Virus record (IMG/VR): IMGVR_UViG_3300035698_011365
Span: 9,674-73,673 of that record
Length of the DNA stretch: 64,000 nucleotides
Source of the DNA: a virus
Reading direction: 5' to 3' (one strand)
The position numbers and the translations under genes are program-made. Shown here piece by piece: positions 36,731 through 48,061 of the stretch (position 1 is its first letter; each line of letters starts with the position of its first letter). The notes under the pieces are model-generated. The model searched no databases. It had not been told where the DNA came from and worked only from the letters and a program-made list of their open reading frames with translations.

Positions 36731-39700
36731 ATGAGTGATACTGCTTCTGCACAAATTAACAATATATTAGCCAGTAGAGGAGAAACAGCGACTCCTACTA
36801 CAGATACTCCTCAAGCACCTGATGCCTTAGAGAGAGCTATAGCTCGTAGACCTGAAGCACCTATGTCTCCTTTGGATCTCCGTATAGCCGCAAGGGATGC
36901 TGAAGCACGTAATGTAACCACTCCTGCCCTCAATGAGAGAGTAGCTGCCAGAGATGCACAAGACAGCGGTGTATCATCTTTAAATGAGCGTATAGCCGCT
37001 AGAGAAGCCCCTACTGTTACTGAAACCAAAGCAGCTACTATTACAGCTAAGGCACAAGATAAAGTAAATAATTTTGGCGGTAAAACCCCTTCTCCAGAAG
37101 AGGCACAACCACAAAGAAGTATGGAACAAGCCGTACAAGAAAAGGCTCAAAAACTAGGGTTAGAGAAACCTGTTCCTATTAATATGTCTGATGTGGGTGA
37201 TGAATCTATATTCAGAGAAATAGCTGATATCCCTATCAAAACCGGTCAAGGTGCGGTTATGGGTGTTCGCATGATTGCTGATGCTATGGGTGCAGATAAT
37301 GAATTATCTCAATCATTACGAGGTGTTGAAGACTACTTAGGTGCTCTAGTAAGTGCACAATCTAAAGAAGATTCTGCAGAAGTCTCTCGTATAATGGAAG
37401 AAGCTAAAAATAAAGGTGTGTGGGAGCAACTGAAAGCAGGTGCAGAAGCATTTGCTGTGGCTCCTATAGATTTATTAAGTAATGCTTTTGGTACCTCTGT
37501 TCCCATAATTCTTGCAGGTATGGCTACTGTAGCCTCTGGAGGTGGTACTGTTGCAGTAGGCGCCTCAGGTGTGGCTCTTGGTGGATTAACCGGTGTAGGT
37601 GTTACAAAGGGATCTATATATGATGCAACTAAAGAAGTTCTATTAGAACAGGGAAAGGTTACTCCTGAGCAGGCTGAGAAGATGGCTGTAGAAGCTCAAG
37701 CATACGATGGTGAGAATCTGGATATGATTCTTACTGGGGGTGCATTAGGAATATTAGCATCTAGATCGGGTATTGAGCCCGGACTAATAACAGGTATGGG
37801 TAAAAAGCTGGCTCAGAGACTAGGTAAAGAAGTATCAAGAGACATTGCTGAAGGCACAATTAAAGAAGGTGGTAAGAGCGTAGCTAAAAGAAGTGCTTTA
37901 AAAAATATAACTGAAGAAACTGTTACTGAAGCAGCTCAGGGATCTCATGAACAACTTTCAGCTAACGTAGCTAAAAATAGAATTGGAATTGATACTCCAT
38001 TAATGGAAGGTGTAGTCAGTTCAGGTGTTCTTGAAGGATTAGGTGGTTTAGGTGTCAGTGGAGTAGCTGATGCTAAGAATATAGTTGGAAAGACAGCAGC
38101 TAAAAGTGTACTAAATCTAGATAAGAAGCTTAAAGAAAGAGATGCTAAAAAAGCAGAAGCAGTAGCCAATGGTGAAGAACCAGCCCCTGCCGGGACTATA
38201 AAACAAGAGCTTAAAAACCTTAAGAATGATGTTGTTGAAAAGTTCAGCAAAGCTAAACAAACAGTTACATCACAAAAGAAAGCAGTAGATGCACTAAAAG
38301 AGCCAGCTAAAGTAGCTGAGGCCCTTCAACCAGATAATGAGAAGTTCACTAAGGAAGAGAAAGTAATTCTTGCTACTGATAAGTCACGCAGGCCTGCAGC
38401 AGATGCAAGCCCTGAAGAGATACAAAAGTATCAAGGGGAAGTACAGAATGCTCTAGTCGGTTGGTACACTGAGGTACACACAGAATTTAATGAACTTGTA
38501 GCCAAGAGCCCTAAAGAAGAGCGCTCACCTGCGGATCAAAAAAGAGTTAATGAGCTTTTTGAAATCAAAAGGGAAATAGGTGCCAAGATTAAAAACATTA
38601 TTGAAGTTGCCAGAGATGACTCTAAAACTCTAAAAGATTTTACAAATGCTGTAGACGATGTGAAGAAAAACTCATCACCTCCGGACGCTATTGTTAGAAT
38701 TCTTGGTTCAACCGGCGGTAAGAACATTCCTAATGCAGATCTCAAAAGCTTACAAGAAAGTGATATTAAGCTTCCTGAAAGAGAGAAGGCTATTCTTGAT
38801 ACTCAAATTGAGATCAATAACAAAGTAGAGGCCCTAGAAAAGAGAGCAACCAGTACTAAAAGTTCTGACTATGTTCATATGGAAGTGGTCAATGGTACTG
38901 AAGATAATCTTGGTTTCAAAAACTATCTCGATAACATTACCATAAGTGTAGAGAGCCAAGAAACAACTACAGTAAAGAAATCAGTCGGAAACTTTAATAA
39001 GTTCCTCAAAGGACATAAAGATAAAGCTGTTGATTTTGCTAATACGATCAAACTCGATAATGCTAATGAAAAAAGTAATACCGAAGAAAGTAAAGCAGCT
39101 TTGGATAAATCCGTAGAGCTTTTGAAAACCAAATATGATTGGGATCATGAGTTTGCGGGTGCAACAATGAATGTGCTCAAGTTAATCAAGGATGAGGTGG
39201 CCATAGGAGAGGCGTACAGCACACAAATACAAAATGTGGTGAATACTGGCGCCAAATCAACTGCAGTCCCTACATCAACGCCTAATACTGTTATAGACGA
39301 TACTGTAATCTCACAGGAAGAGTTTGAACAAAGTAATCAAGAAGCACCATTACCAACACCCGATGATTATGCAGGAACATCCGGGCAGGATGCCCCCCTT
39401 GGGGAGAGTGCCGGAGTGACCAGCCCAACATCGGAAGTTCCTCTTAATCAATCCCCTCCGGATAATGCGGGAACATCTGGGTTAGAGACAGGGTCTTTGA
39501 GCGAGGCTTCTTTAGCCGAGTCGAACAAGACTGGGTCTATAACCGAAGATGAGACAAGCCTATCGGAGGGTCTAAAGACAGAATTAAAAGAGTCGTTGGC
39601 TGCTTTGAAAGAAAACAAAGAGAATGGTGGTACAATTACACCTCAACAAGAACAACTTCTTAAATTAAGTGAAAAGAGAATAAACGGCTTAACAGATACA

Positions 39701-42700
39701 TCTTTAAAACAAAGACTAGTAGAAGCCAATACTGCTACTGCTACTGCTACTGCTACTGATAATGGCGCCACTACCACTAAAACCAGACCACTTAAGAAAA
39801 GAGCTGAAGGACAAAACAATAGACTTAGAGAATTCTATAAGGATATTGAATATGTAAAGAAGGCTCGTAAAGCTATTGCTAAGAAACAAGGTAGGCGTAA
39901 AGTAACTCAATATACTCCTATTGAAGCCGTAACAAATGCTATTATTAATAGCGGTAAAAAGATTGTTATGTCTAAAAAAGGTGCATATGACAAAATAAAT
40001 AATAAGCCTACTAACAAAGAAATTAGAGGGCTGTTTGTAAGTGAAAAAGCAGCTTCTAAGATGAATCCTGACAGCCTTATAGATGCTGCTGACAATTTAG
40101 AACCAGATATCTTTAGGGATGCTGGTATAGAACCTGAGATGGATGGTAATTACGTAAAAGCTTCGTGGTTAGCCAAAGTATTTAACGAAGGTACTTTTGA
40201 TGTTAGAGAAGGCTCAGAACTTGCAGCAGATAGAGTAGTTGAAGAAGAGATAAAAAGAATAGAAGAGTTTGTTACTGTAACTGTAGGTACAGATGTAGAT
40301 GCCCCTTCTGTTGATATCATTGAAGCCTTTAGAAATTATGATAATAATCTAGAAGGTGTCGTACAAGAAGAAGCTTCACAAGAAGAGGACGATGCTGGAG
40401 TGCAAGAGGATTCCCTTCGGGAATCCGATGGAACGAATAAGCCGTCCGATACTACTCTGCAGGATAGGTTAATGGAAGATACAGGAGCACTCTTTAAGTC
40501 TGAAGAGGGTAAGCCTGTACATGTGAAAGATAACCATCTCAAGAAGCTGTTTAAAGTCAAAGAGCTTAAAAATAGTCTTAATAATGTACTACATAATATA
40601 GTGAGCTGGGCAGAGAACTATACTGAAGTGAACTCTAAACTTAATGACGAAGAGAAGGCTATGGTGAAAAACTTCATAGCTTTTGATAAAGGTATTAATA
40701 GAATTCTCACTCAAGGTACATTCACTAGAGAAGACGGAGTAACTACACAAACTCATAGTCCACTTCTTGCGGCTAATGAGGGTAGAGCATTAGCTTTCAA
40801 AAACGATTCGCTTATTAACTTCTTCTACAATAAAGAATACGACAAAGAGAATCCGGATACTGACGTACCTCTGCTAGATCCAAATATGGTAACAGCAATG
40901 TCCTCTGTTCTTTATGAGTGGTTAGCAGTACACGGTGCAGGCACCCTGAGCATGGACTCAACCACTGTTGCCAGAACCATAATGGGTTCCGGTAATTCTA
41001 AAATTACACCTACAAAAGAGATGTTTGATCTCTTAGGGGATAAAGGCACAAACCAGTCTCTATTAGCTGAACAACTAGGTACGAAGCTTATTTCATCACT
41101 TGGGTTAAGTGTTTCAGAAAACAATCCAAACAACTATGTGAGCAAGGCTGCAGTAGATCTGGGTAATGTAATATTGGCTGCAGGGTTCCAATCAGGAATG
41201 ATTGAGAGAACTGTGGTGTTCACTGAAGATGTAAACAAACTTAAGGAAGAATACAGGCTTGCTGTAAAAGAAGCAGACGGCACTAAAAAGAAAGTCGATA
41301 ATGAAGACTTTGATGAAGGTGACGAAAATAGTGATTTTACTGATTTCACGGATCTTAGTGAAAGTGCGGCCGAAGGACAAGTATTCTATGTTCGAGTTAA
41401 ACCTCATACTGTAGAAACCAAGCTTGGAAGTAAAATACTCCCTAGTCCCTATATACAAGACATAAGAAAGAAATATAAAGGAGGCCAACGAGCATTCCAT
41501 AATCTATTTGGATCAGTAAGCCCGGACAGAGCCCCTTCTTTCGAGAAGCCTAAAGAGAATACTGTTTCTCCTACAATTAAGAAGACAGACTTAAATGTAG
41601 CTGAAGAAATTCAAGAGATTCTTCATAAGAAGGCTCAAGAACCACATCAAATGAGTGACTCTTTTGGTGTTATAAAAGATTTTTCTGATGCTGAACTGTT
41701 TGAGTTGTTTGGTGGTATCAATGATGTAGATAAGAAACAAATAAAACTACAAGCCAAATATAACGCACAGAATACAGAAATTAATAAATTCATAGAAGAC
41801 ATGAGATTCTTCATAGATGGCGCCCCTAAAGATGACTCAGGGAACCTAACTAAAGATTTCTATTATGATTACGAAATATGGCGTAACAGCCGTATTGGTA
41901 TGAAAAATAACATCATGAACTACCAGAGCAGTAAGCTTGCAAGACAGCTGGTTGCTCTTAAGTCTATGAAGGTTGATATCCCAACTGTTAATGAAGACTC
42001 CAATAATACTGACATGAGTGAAATACTTACACTATTTCATATGGCAGTGGCTCAGGGAATGGGCATAGATGAAGGTCTCTCATCAAATGAGATAATCGGT
42101 GAGCTTGAAGAACTAATGAGTCCAAAAGGCCTCTACGGAGGTATAATAGACCTATTGGTTCAGCAAGAACAGGGATATGAGTTAGAACCTAAAGACAGAG
42201 CTAGACTTATTAAGGCTACAGCCAAAGGCGGTCTTCATAAGATATCTGCTATTACGGCATGGGCTAAATACATGCAAGCAAAAGAGACCGGTTCATCTTT
42301 CTCTACTAATCTAACAAGAGAGATTGATGGTAAAGTGAATGGTGTTGCACATGCATCTTTCCAGTCTACTTTTGATCAAGAAGGTAATCCTGTACGTACT
42401 AACTTCATGAATAAGACCGGCATATTCAGGAATAAGAAGCAGTACAAAACATCTAATGAATACTTCAATGATCCAAAGAATAAAGATGTTTATCAGGATG
42501 TGGCTACTGTTGTGGGAGCTAATGTAACTGAGGCAGGTAATAAACTTAAAAAAGATCCTAAAAAAGCTAGAGCGTATCAAGTACATCAAGGAGCTTTAGG
42601 ACTAGTAGGCTCTTTCTTTGAAGTTATTGATGGTAAGAATACAGATACTGTTACTAAAGATGGTCGAGAATTCGCTAAAGATCCTGTGATCAAATTCATA

Positions 42701-45700
42701 TACGGTGCTGAAATTTCCAGTATTACTTCTGGGGTTGTGGCTGTATCTATGAATAAACTCTATACAGATATAGAAAATACCCTAGGTGATCCAGCAAAAC
42801 TAAAGATTATAAATAATAGCTTATCCAATATACTTGGTAAGGATGCTAAACTTAATAGTGATAACTATTTAACTTATGAACTTAATAACGTGAGTATAAC
42901 TGCTGAAAGAGATGTAAGAGAGGCATTAGCCAACACATATAAAGAACCATTAAGAGCTGCTCTTAATGATACCTTCTGGCAGATTAAAGCTGCTAAGAAG
43001 AAAATAGTTGAAGCACATCAATTTGCTTATGAATTGTTTGAAGGAGCTTACTATACAAAAGCCGCCAATGTACTTATAGGAAACAATGGTCAACCTCTTA
43101 CAATCAAGCAAGAGGAGGATATCCTCAAGGAGCTTGCTCCATTACTTCCACGTATTGATACTGCGATATCAGACAACAGTGGGAAGAGTGGTGCCTACCT
43201 CTGGACTAAAGAGTTAACAAAAGATTACGACAGAGTACACATGCAAAAACAGATAGCTGCTCTAGAGAATAGTGGAAGAGATCCTGCTGAAATCAAGATA
43301 TTTGTTGCAGCTCTTAAAAAAGGATATAAGAAACTTAAGTCCAACAGTACAACAAGGAATGAATTCTTTGCTAGAGGCAGTAAAGAGAAGATCCGTAACA
43401 CCGGTTATGAGAGTAGACTAAATAAAGGTTCTGAAGACGGTGTAGGTAAACTAGCGGGATTTGCTCGTCACTACGAGATCTTCGAAAGCACTAATAAAGC
43501 ATTTGTAAATGGTATTCATTCCCTTGATAGTATGAACATGCTTGAGATATATGCTGAACTTGAAGCCATGGGTATTCATGATGCTATTATGGTTCCACTT
43601 AATACTGAGATTAAAGATGTTGCTTTTGCTAACCAAGCATTCTTGAAAGTAAATAATAACTACAACCTCAGAGCTGAGAGTATTAATAGGCTTGAGTCTA
43701 CTATAGAGGCTTACGAGAAGCTTAGAGATAACAAGAATAATAAGAAAATACCTTATGGTGTTGTTGTTACTCCTGCTCGTATTGCTGCTATGAAAGCTTG
43801 GATGAATGAAGGAGCTAAAGGAAGTGATTTTGGCCCTAAAAAACAAGCTGCAGCGAGCCAAAAAACAATACAGAAAGATGTTACTAATCTTGCTAAGAAT
43901 GGTTTAGTGGATCAATTCCAAGCTAACCATACAAGTTATTCAGATAATGTTGATGGTGTAGCTCAAGGTGAGAGCATTAAGACTAAAGACTTAGATAAAG
44001 CCACTGCTAAAGATCAAGAGAAGCTTGAAAAGAAAGTAGATATGGATACTGCTATAGGAATTATAACTGAATTCCGTAGAATAGGTGGTAGCACCAAAGC
44101 AGGTATCAAAACTTCTGATCAATCAGCAGATGCTCAAATATATATGGGAATCCATAAACAAGACCTGAAGCAGGCTGTGGAAGTACTTAAATCTAGTGAA
44201 GAAGGTAAAGACTTCTTGGCTGAGGATTTTGATAGTTTCCTTGGTTCAGGCCCTAGTGATTATGATGAGAATAACTTCAATCCAAATAAAATATGGGAAG
44301 TTAATGGTCAAGGTGCTTTAGACCTGTTTGATATGTTAGGAACTAAAGGTTTTGGTAACAAGCCTGAGAATGCAGAGCATTCAAAATATTTAAGAGATTT
44401 GCTTGTTAGTTTTGGTGTAACTGAATCAATAGATAACTTGATTATTAAGCTTGAAGAGACCGGTACAGAGAGTGCAGGCTATGCCGTAACAAGAAGTAAC
44501 GGTAAGAAAGAGATTCATATGCTCTCTGCTTCCAAGGCCTCTGCTAATGGCATCCGTATGTCAGTACAGGAAACCTATGCTCATGAACTACTTCACATCT
44601 TGTCTGAGTCTGTAATTAATACAAGCAGCAAAGCCCGGGCAGAGCTCGATCGATTATTTAATGAAGTCAGGGATGATCCTACAGTAGATTATAGAGCCTT
44701 CTTGAATGATCCAAATGATTTAAGCAATCAAGCAGAGAACGACGCTGCTAAAGCCAGATATGACTATATATTTGAGAATACTGAGACAAGACAAGAATCC
44801 ATCAGAGATGACTCCACAGGTGAAATACACACTCATGATCGTAATGACTTCCTTCATGAGTTTTTTGCACTTGGTTTATCTAATGAGAACTTTGTTAAAG
44901 CTCTTGCAGGCAGGTTCTCTACTAAAGAAACTAAACCAGATAATAAGACCCTTTATGATAAAGTGGTTCATATTCTCGTAAAGACTATGGGTTTATTTGA
45001 TAAGAAGTATAATGATATCCGTAAGGATAACATGAGTAATCAGCTTAAGTTTATAGCTAAAAGACTTCTACAAAACAAAGAAGTTTCCAAAAGCAAAGTT
45101 CAAACTTTTAATGCTATTACTCAACAGATAAATGAGCAGGTACTTTATCCGGCTGTACGTTTTGTTATCGGAAGCATCAAAGGTGCTGCACGGAGTAAAT
45201 ACGTAAAGAACAACAAAAACAGAGTTGTACGTGATGTTGGTGAAATAATTGATAAAGCTCAATTCAAATATTTCTCTACATATTTTGCTTTCTTGAGTGA
45301 TGTACGTAAAAGAATGGGTATCAGCGCTAATAACATCCTAAGCTCTATGTTTAGAGAGGTTGCCGGTACTACTTTTGGAATGCGTTTCTGGCATCGGATG
45401 TTGATCTTATCTAATAGAAAGATGGATCAAAACCATAAAGCAGTGGATAATCATGTTAGAGCAGAGGCTCTGGGAGCCTATTTGGAGCTCACTGAGGCCG
45501 AAAACGTATCAATTACTAAAGGTGGTATCAGAACAGACTTCTCCGTGCTGGATGACTCTTATACGCTTGCTGAGATAGCTGAGTTCTATAATACAAGTAA
45601 CAAAGCAGCTTTGAATAGTGAAATTCAATCTATTATGCAAAGGCTTCAGAATGCTTATGACCCTGAAGTTTATAACTTTTACTGGAAGATGTCTGAGAGC

Positions 45701-47890
45701 CTCGCTAATGTGATGGTTGAGGGCAGAGCACTGGAAGAAGATACTTTTGGTTCAGCTTACAGTATTGTTAATATGCATGGCGCCGACTATGAAAAGACTG
45801 TGACCCATGAAGATATAAATGATACTGAGAGATTGATTGATATCCTCACTACGTTGAATGCTATCAAAAAGACCTCTGACAAAACCAAGAATGATCTTCA
45901 TGGAGTAATGCTTCGTGAGAATGCTCGTGGAGATGTAGAGGGTGGTATTGATTTCACTATGAAGCTCTTGAAGAAGAATAAAGAAGAGGCACTAAATAAT
46001 AAGGAATTGTTTAATGGTAACAAAGCAGAGGTTCGTAAAGGCTTTTCTAAAGAGCTCTATGCTCCTAATGTAACTTTTAAGTACGGTACTGCAGAGGAAG
46101 AAGGGGAAATGTTTAAAGATGGTTTCTTACCTATATCAAACAAGAGCCATGGAGTTGCATTAGACGCTGCTCATGTAGCTGAAAAAAGAATAATGTATGT
46201 GAATACAAATTCAGAAATTACTACATTTCAAAGGGGTATAGTAGCTCTTCAACAAGAAGCAACTATTGGAACCAATGTCTTAGACTTTAATAGTCAGAGA
46301 GGTAACAACAGTGTAAATAAAGCAGCTAAAGATGTAAGAAATATCCAAGCAGCTAAGAAAGCCAATAAGAAAAAGATTTTTGATAGTGCTCCTAGCAGAG
46401 TGCTTGATACAGATGCCAATAACTTATTGATTCCTATTAATGCTCCTGACGGTACAATTACTGGGTACCGGTATATTATGAAAGAATCTACTAAAGATGA
46501 GATTTTGAATAGAGACAACTCTTTTGAGAAGGTTCTTGGTAAAATGGAAGCCGGTATTGATGATAAAATCAATGCTCGTATGATCAACAAGAAAGTGATT
46601 AAAGGGCTCCATACTGAATATACAACCATGTTCAGTACAGCTACTCCTAATCACTTTGTTAAGTTGGGCCCTGATTCCAAGAATCCAAGGTATAAAGAGA
46701 TCTGGCAAATGATGCCTGAGCCAATGCGTAGAGAGATTAAAGCTGTCTGGGGAACTGACGGAATCTATGTGCGTGAAGAGATAGTAGAATTGGTTTTCGG
46801 AAGAAGAAAGTTCTCTATAGCTGATTACGGCCGTGAGTCTGTTAAAGCAGGTAATAAGCCGGGTATGATCAATCATACTCTAGGTATGCTGCTCAATAGA
46901 CCTAATGTTCGTAGGGTAGAGGCTTTCGTACAGGATCTTGTTAAAATAATAAAAGACATTATTGTTATTAAATCTGTAGCTGTTCTAATAGATAACGTGA
47001 TTAGTAACTATGTTATTCTTCTTATGAGGGGAATGTCTATACAGGATATCTTTAAATACAAGAAAGAGGCCCTTATTGATGCTAAAAAGTATAAGGAGCT
47101 TCTTACTAAAGAGAGTACGTTGGTTCAAAAGATAGCCCTTAAAGAACAAAGTAGAACCTCTAAAGGTGCTCCTACTAAAACTGTTATTGATGCTCAGATT
47201 AAAAAGATCGAAGGCGACTTAACTATTGTAAGAGAATCAATAGCAATCAATGCTGTAAGGGATTTGAGTGAAGCAGGAGTGCATCAAACGATTGTGGAAG
47301 ATGTGTCTCTTGAAGATAATGACAACAGGCTTCGTGGAAATATTGAAGACTTAATAACTCCTGCTAAGAAATTTGTACCTGAAATAGTACAAGGAGGACT
47401 TAAAAACGTATTTCTTACACGAGATACGCAAATGTATAAGGCTTTAAGAGATGTCACTCAAATGAGTGATTTTGTTGGAAGATACGCTTTACATCAACAT
47501 AATACTAAAGTTATGAAGATGAAGCGAGAAGACTCAATTGAGGATATATTTGCTGCCTTCATTCATTATGATTTGCCTACCCATAAAGGCATTCAATACT
47601 TAAATGATGTGGGTATATGGATGTTTACTAAATTCTTCTTTAGAATTCAAAAAGAGATATTTAGATCAATATTTGGAGCCCCTAATAGAGATGGCTCAAG
47701 AAGAGCAGGTAATCCTACTGCCTCTGCAGCTGTACTGGCTTCTCAGATATTTGTTGGTGATTTTGCTGATATATATGAAAGTGGTGTTGTTACTGGCTCA
47801 GGAAGTCATACATTTGATGTTAATATTCTTCATACAATATATAAGAATCTTTTATCAGGTGCGTTTACTTCGGCGGCTGTTTCGTATTAG
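36731..47890 (+). CDS. Virion-encapsidated RNA polymerase (N4 gp50-like)
   Basis: 3719 aa; motif A EIDGKVNG, B REFAKDPVIKFIYG, C IHDA; HELLH zincin motif; no Cys seen on reading. Confidence 0.95.
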   Translation: MSDTASAQINNILASRGETATPTTDTPQAPDALERAIARRPEAPMSPLDLRIAARDAEARNVTTPALNERVAARDAQDSGVSSLNERIAAREAPTVTETKAATITAKAQDKVNNFGGKTPSPEEAQPQRSMEQAVQEKAQKLGLEKPVPINMSDVGDESIFREIADIPIKTGQGAVMGVRMIADAMGADNELSQSLRGVEDYLGALVSAQSKEDSAEVSRIMEEAKNKGVWEQLKAGAEAFAVAPIDLLSNAFGTSVPIILAGMATVASGGGTVAVGASGVALGGLTGVGVTKGSIYDATKEVLLEQGKVTPEQAEKMAVEAQAYDGENLDMILTGGALGILASRSGIEPGLITGMGKKLAQRLGKEVSRDIAEGTIKEGGKSVAKRSALKNITEETVTEAAQGSHEQLSANVAKNRIGIDTPLMEGVVSSGVLEGLGGLGVSGVADAKNIVGKTAAKSVLNLDKKLKERDAKKAEAVANGEEPAPAGTIKQELKNLKNDVVEKFSKAKQTVTSQKKAVDALKEPAKVAEALQPDNEKFTKEEKVILATDKSRRPAADASPEEIQKYQGEVQNALVGWYTEVHTEFNELVAKSPKEERSPADQKRVNELFEIKREIGAKIKNIIEVARDDSKTLKDFTNAVDDVKKNSSPPDAIVRILGSTGGKNIPNADLKSLQESDIKLPEREKAILDTQIEINNKVEALEKRATSTKSSDYVHMEVVNGTEDNLGFKNYLDNITISVESQETTTVKKSVGNFNKFLKGHKDKAVDFANTIKLDNANEKSNTEESKAALDKSVELLKTKYDWDHEFAGATMNVLKLIKDEVAIGEAYSTQIQNVVNTGAKSTAVPTSTPNTVIDDTVISQEEFEQSNQEAPLPTPDDYAGTSGQDAPLGESAGVTSPTSEVPLNQSPPDNAGTSGLETGSLSEASLAESNKTGSITEDETSLSEGLKTELKESLAALKENKENGGTITPQQEQLLKLSEKRINGLTDTSLKQRLVEANTATATATATDNGATTTKTRPLKKRAEGQNNRLREFYKDIEYVKKARKAIAKKQGRRKVTQYTPIEAVTNAIINSGKKIVMSKKGAYDKINNKPTNKEIRGLFVSEKAASKMNPDSLIDAADNLEPDIFRDAGIEPEMDGNYVKASWLAKVFNEGTFDVREGSELAADRVVEEEIKRIEEFVTVTVGTDVDAPSVDIIEAFRNYDNNLEGVVQEEASQEEDDAGVQEDSLRESDGTNKPSDTTLQDRLMEDTGALFKSEEGKPVHVKDNHLKKLFKVKELKNSLNNVLHNIVSWAENYTEVNSKLNDEEKAMVKNFIAFDKGINRILTQGTFTREDGVTTQTHSPLLAANEGRALAFKNDSLINFFYNKEYDKENPDTDVPLLDPNMVTAMSSVLYEWLAVHGAGTLSMDSTTVARTIMGSGNSKITPTKEMFDLLGDKGTNQSLLAEQLGTKLISSLGLSVSENNPNNYVSKAAVDLGNVILAAGFQSGMIERTVVFTEDVNKLKEEYRLAVKEADGTKKKVDNEDFDEGDENSDFTDFTDLSESAAEGQVFYVRVKPHTVETKLGSKILPSPYIQDIRKKYKGGQRAFHNLFGSVSPDRAPSFEKPKENTVSPTIKKTDLNVAEEIQEILHKKAQEPHQMSDSFGVIKDFSDAELFELFGGINDVDKKQIKLQAKYNAQNTEINKFIEDMRFFIDGAPKDDSGNLTKDFYYDYEIWRNSRIGMKNNIMNYQSSKLARQLVALKSMKVDIPTVNEDSNNTDMSEILTLFHMAVAQGMGIDEGLSSNEIIGELEELMSPKGLYGGIIDLLVQQEQGYELEPKDRARLIKATAKGGLHKISAITAWAKYMQAKETGSSFSTNLTREIDGKVNGVAHASFQSTFDQEGNPVRTNFMNKTGIFRNKKQYKTSNEYFNDPKNKDVYQDVATVVGANVTEAGNKLKKDPKKARAYQVHQGALGLVGSFFEVIDGKNTDTVTKDGREFAKDPVIKFIYGAEISSITSGVVAVSMNKLYTDIENTLGDPAKLKIINNSLSNILGKDAKLNSDNYLTYELNNVSITAERDVREALANTYKEPLRAALNDTFWQIKAAKKKIVEAHQFAYELFEGAYYTKAANVLIGNNGQPLTIKQEEDILKELAPLLPRIDTAISDNSGKSGAYLWTKELTKDYDRVHMQKQIAALENSGRDPAEIKIFVAALKKGYKKLKSNSTTRNEFFARGSKEKIRNTGYESRLNKGSEDGVGKLAGFARHYEIFESTNKAFVNGIHSLDSMNMLEIYAELEAMGIHDAIMVPLNTEIKDVAFANQAFLKVNNNYNLRAESINRLESTIEAYEKLRDNKNNKKIPYGVVVTPARIAAMKAWMNEGAKGSDFGPKKQAAASQKTIQKDVTNLAKNGLVDQFQANHTSYSDNVDGVAQGESIKTKDLDKATAKDQEKLEKKVDMDTAIGIITEFRRIGGSTKAGIKTSDQSADAQIYMGIHKQDLKQAVEVLKSSEEGKDFLAEDFDSFLGSGPSDYDENNFNPNKIWEVNGQGALDLFDMLGTKGFGNKPENAEHSKYLRDLLVSFGVTESIDNLIIKLEETGTESAGYAVTRSNGKKEIHMLSASKASANGIRMSVQETYAHELLHILSESVINTSSKARAELDRLFNEVRDDPTVDYRAFLNDPNDLSNQAENDAAKARYDYIFENTETRQESIRDDSTGEIHTHDRNDFLHEFFALGLSNENFVKALAGRFSTKETKPDNKTLYDKVVHILVKTMGLFDKKYNDIRKDNMSNQLKFIAKRLLQNKEVSKSKVQTFNAITQQINEQVLYPAVRFVIGSIKGAARSKYVKNNKNRVVRDVGEIIDKAQFKYFSTYFAFLSDVRKRMGISANNILSSMFREVAGTTFGMRFWHRMLILSNRKMDQNHKAVDNHVRAEALGAYLELTEAENVSITKGGIRTDFSVLDDSYTLAEIAEFYNTSNKAALNSEIQSIMQRLQNAYDPEVYNFYWKMSESLANVMVEGRALEEDTFGSAYSIVNMHGADYEKTVTHEDINDTERLIDILTTLNAIKKTSDKTKNDLHGVMLRENARGDVEGGIDFTMKLLKKNKEEALNNKELFNGNKAEVRKGFSKELYAPNVTFKYGTAEEEGEMFKDGFLPISNKSHGVALDAAHVAEKRIMYVNTNSEITTFQRGIVALQQEATIGTNVLDFNSQRGNNSVNKAAKDVRNIQAAKKANKKKIFDSAPSRVLDTDANNLLIPINAPDGTITGYRYIMKESTKDEILNRDNSFEKVLGKMEAGIDDKINARMINKKVIKGLHTEYTTMFSTATPNHFVKLGPDSKNPRYKEIWQMMPEPMRREIKAVWGTDGIYVREEIVELVFGRRKFSIADYGRESVKAGNKPGMINHTLGMLLNRPNVRRVEAFVQDLVKIIKDIIVIKSVAVLIDNVISNYVILLMRGMSIQDIFKYKKEALIDAKKYKELLTKESTLVQKIALKEQSRTSKGAPTKTVIDAQIKKIEGDLTIVRESIAINAVRDLSEAGVHQTIVEDVSLEDNDNRLRGNIEDLITPAKKFVPEIVQGGLKNVFLTRDTQMYKALRDVTQMSDFVGRYALHQHNTKVMKMKREDSIEDIFAAFIHYDLPTHKGIQYLNDVGIWMFTKFFFRIQKEIFRSIFGAPNRDGSRRAGNPTASAAVLASQIFVGDFADIYESGVVTGSGSHTFDVNILHTIYKNLLSGAFTSAAVSY

Positions 47891-48059
47891 TACCGTTCTC
47901 TTCAACGATTGCGGCTACCACAATATATACAATAAATATTAATGCTGCTACTGCACCTAATACTGAAAGGACAGCTCCTAACATTATTATACCTGCAGCG
48001 GCAGCTCCGAGCAGCAATACTGCTACTATAGTTATAAAAGCTACTCGGAGTTTATGCAT
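47865..48059 (-). CDS. Small membrane protein
   Basis: Very hydrophobic 64 aa; converges on the end of vRNAP. Confidence 0.7.
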   Translation of the reverse strand: MHKLRVAFITIVAVLLLGAAAAGIIMLGAVLSVLGAVAALIFIVYIVVAAIVEENGTNTKQPPK

Positions 48060-48061
48060 TA

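Noticed and set aside
44570-44880. HEXXH zincin motif in vRNAP as a novelty
   Set aside because: Already described for N4-like vRNAPs and polyvalent proteins
36811-46876. Many 60-150-aa antisense ORFs inside the vRNAP gene
   Set aside because: Ser/Leu/Phe-rich shadow frames expected opposite a Lys/Glu-rich gene
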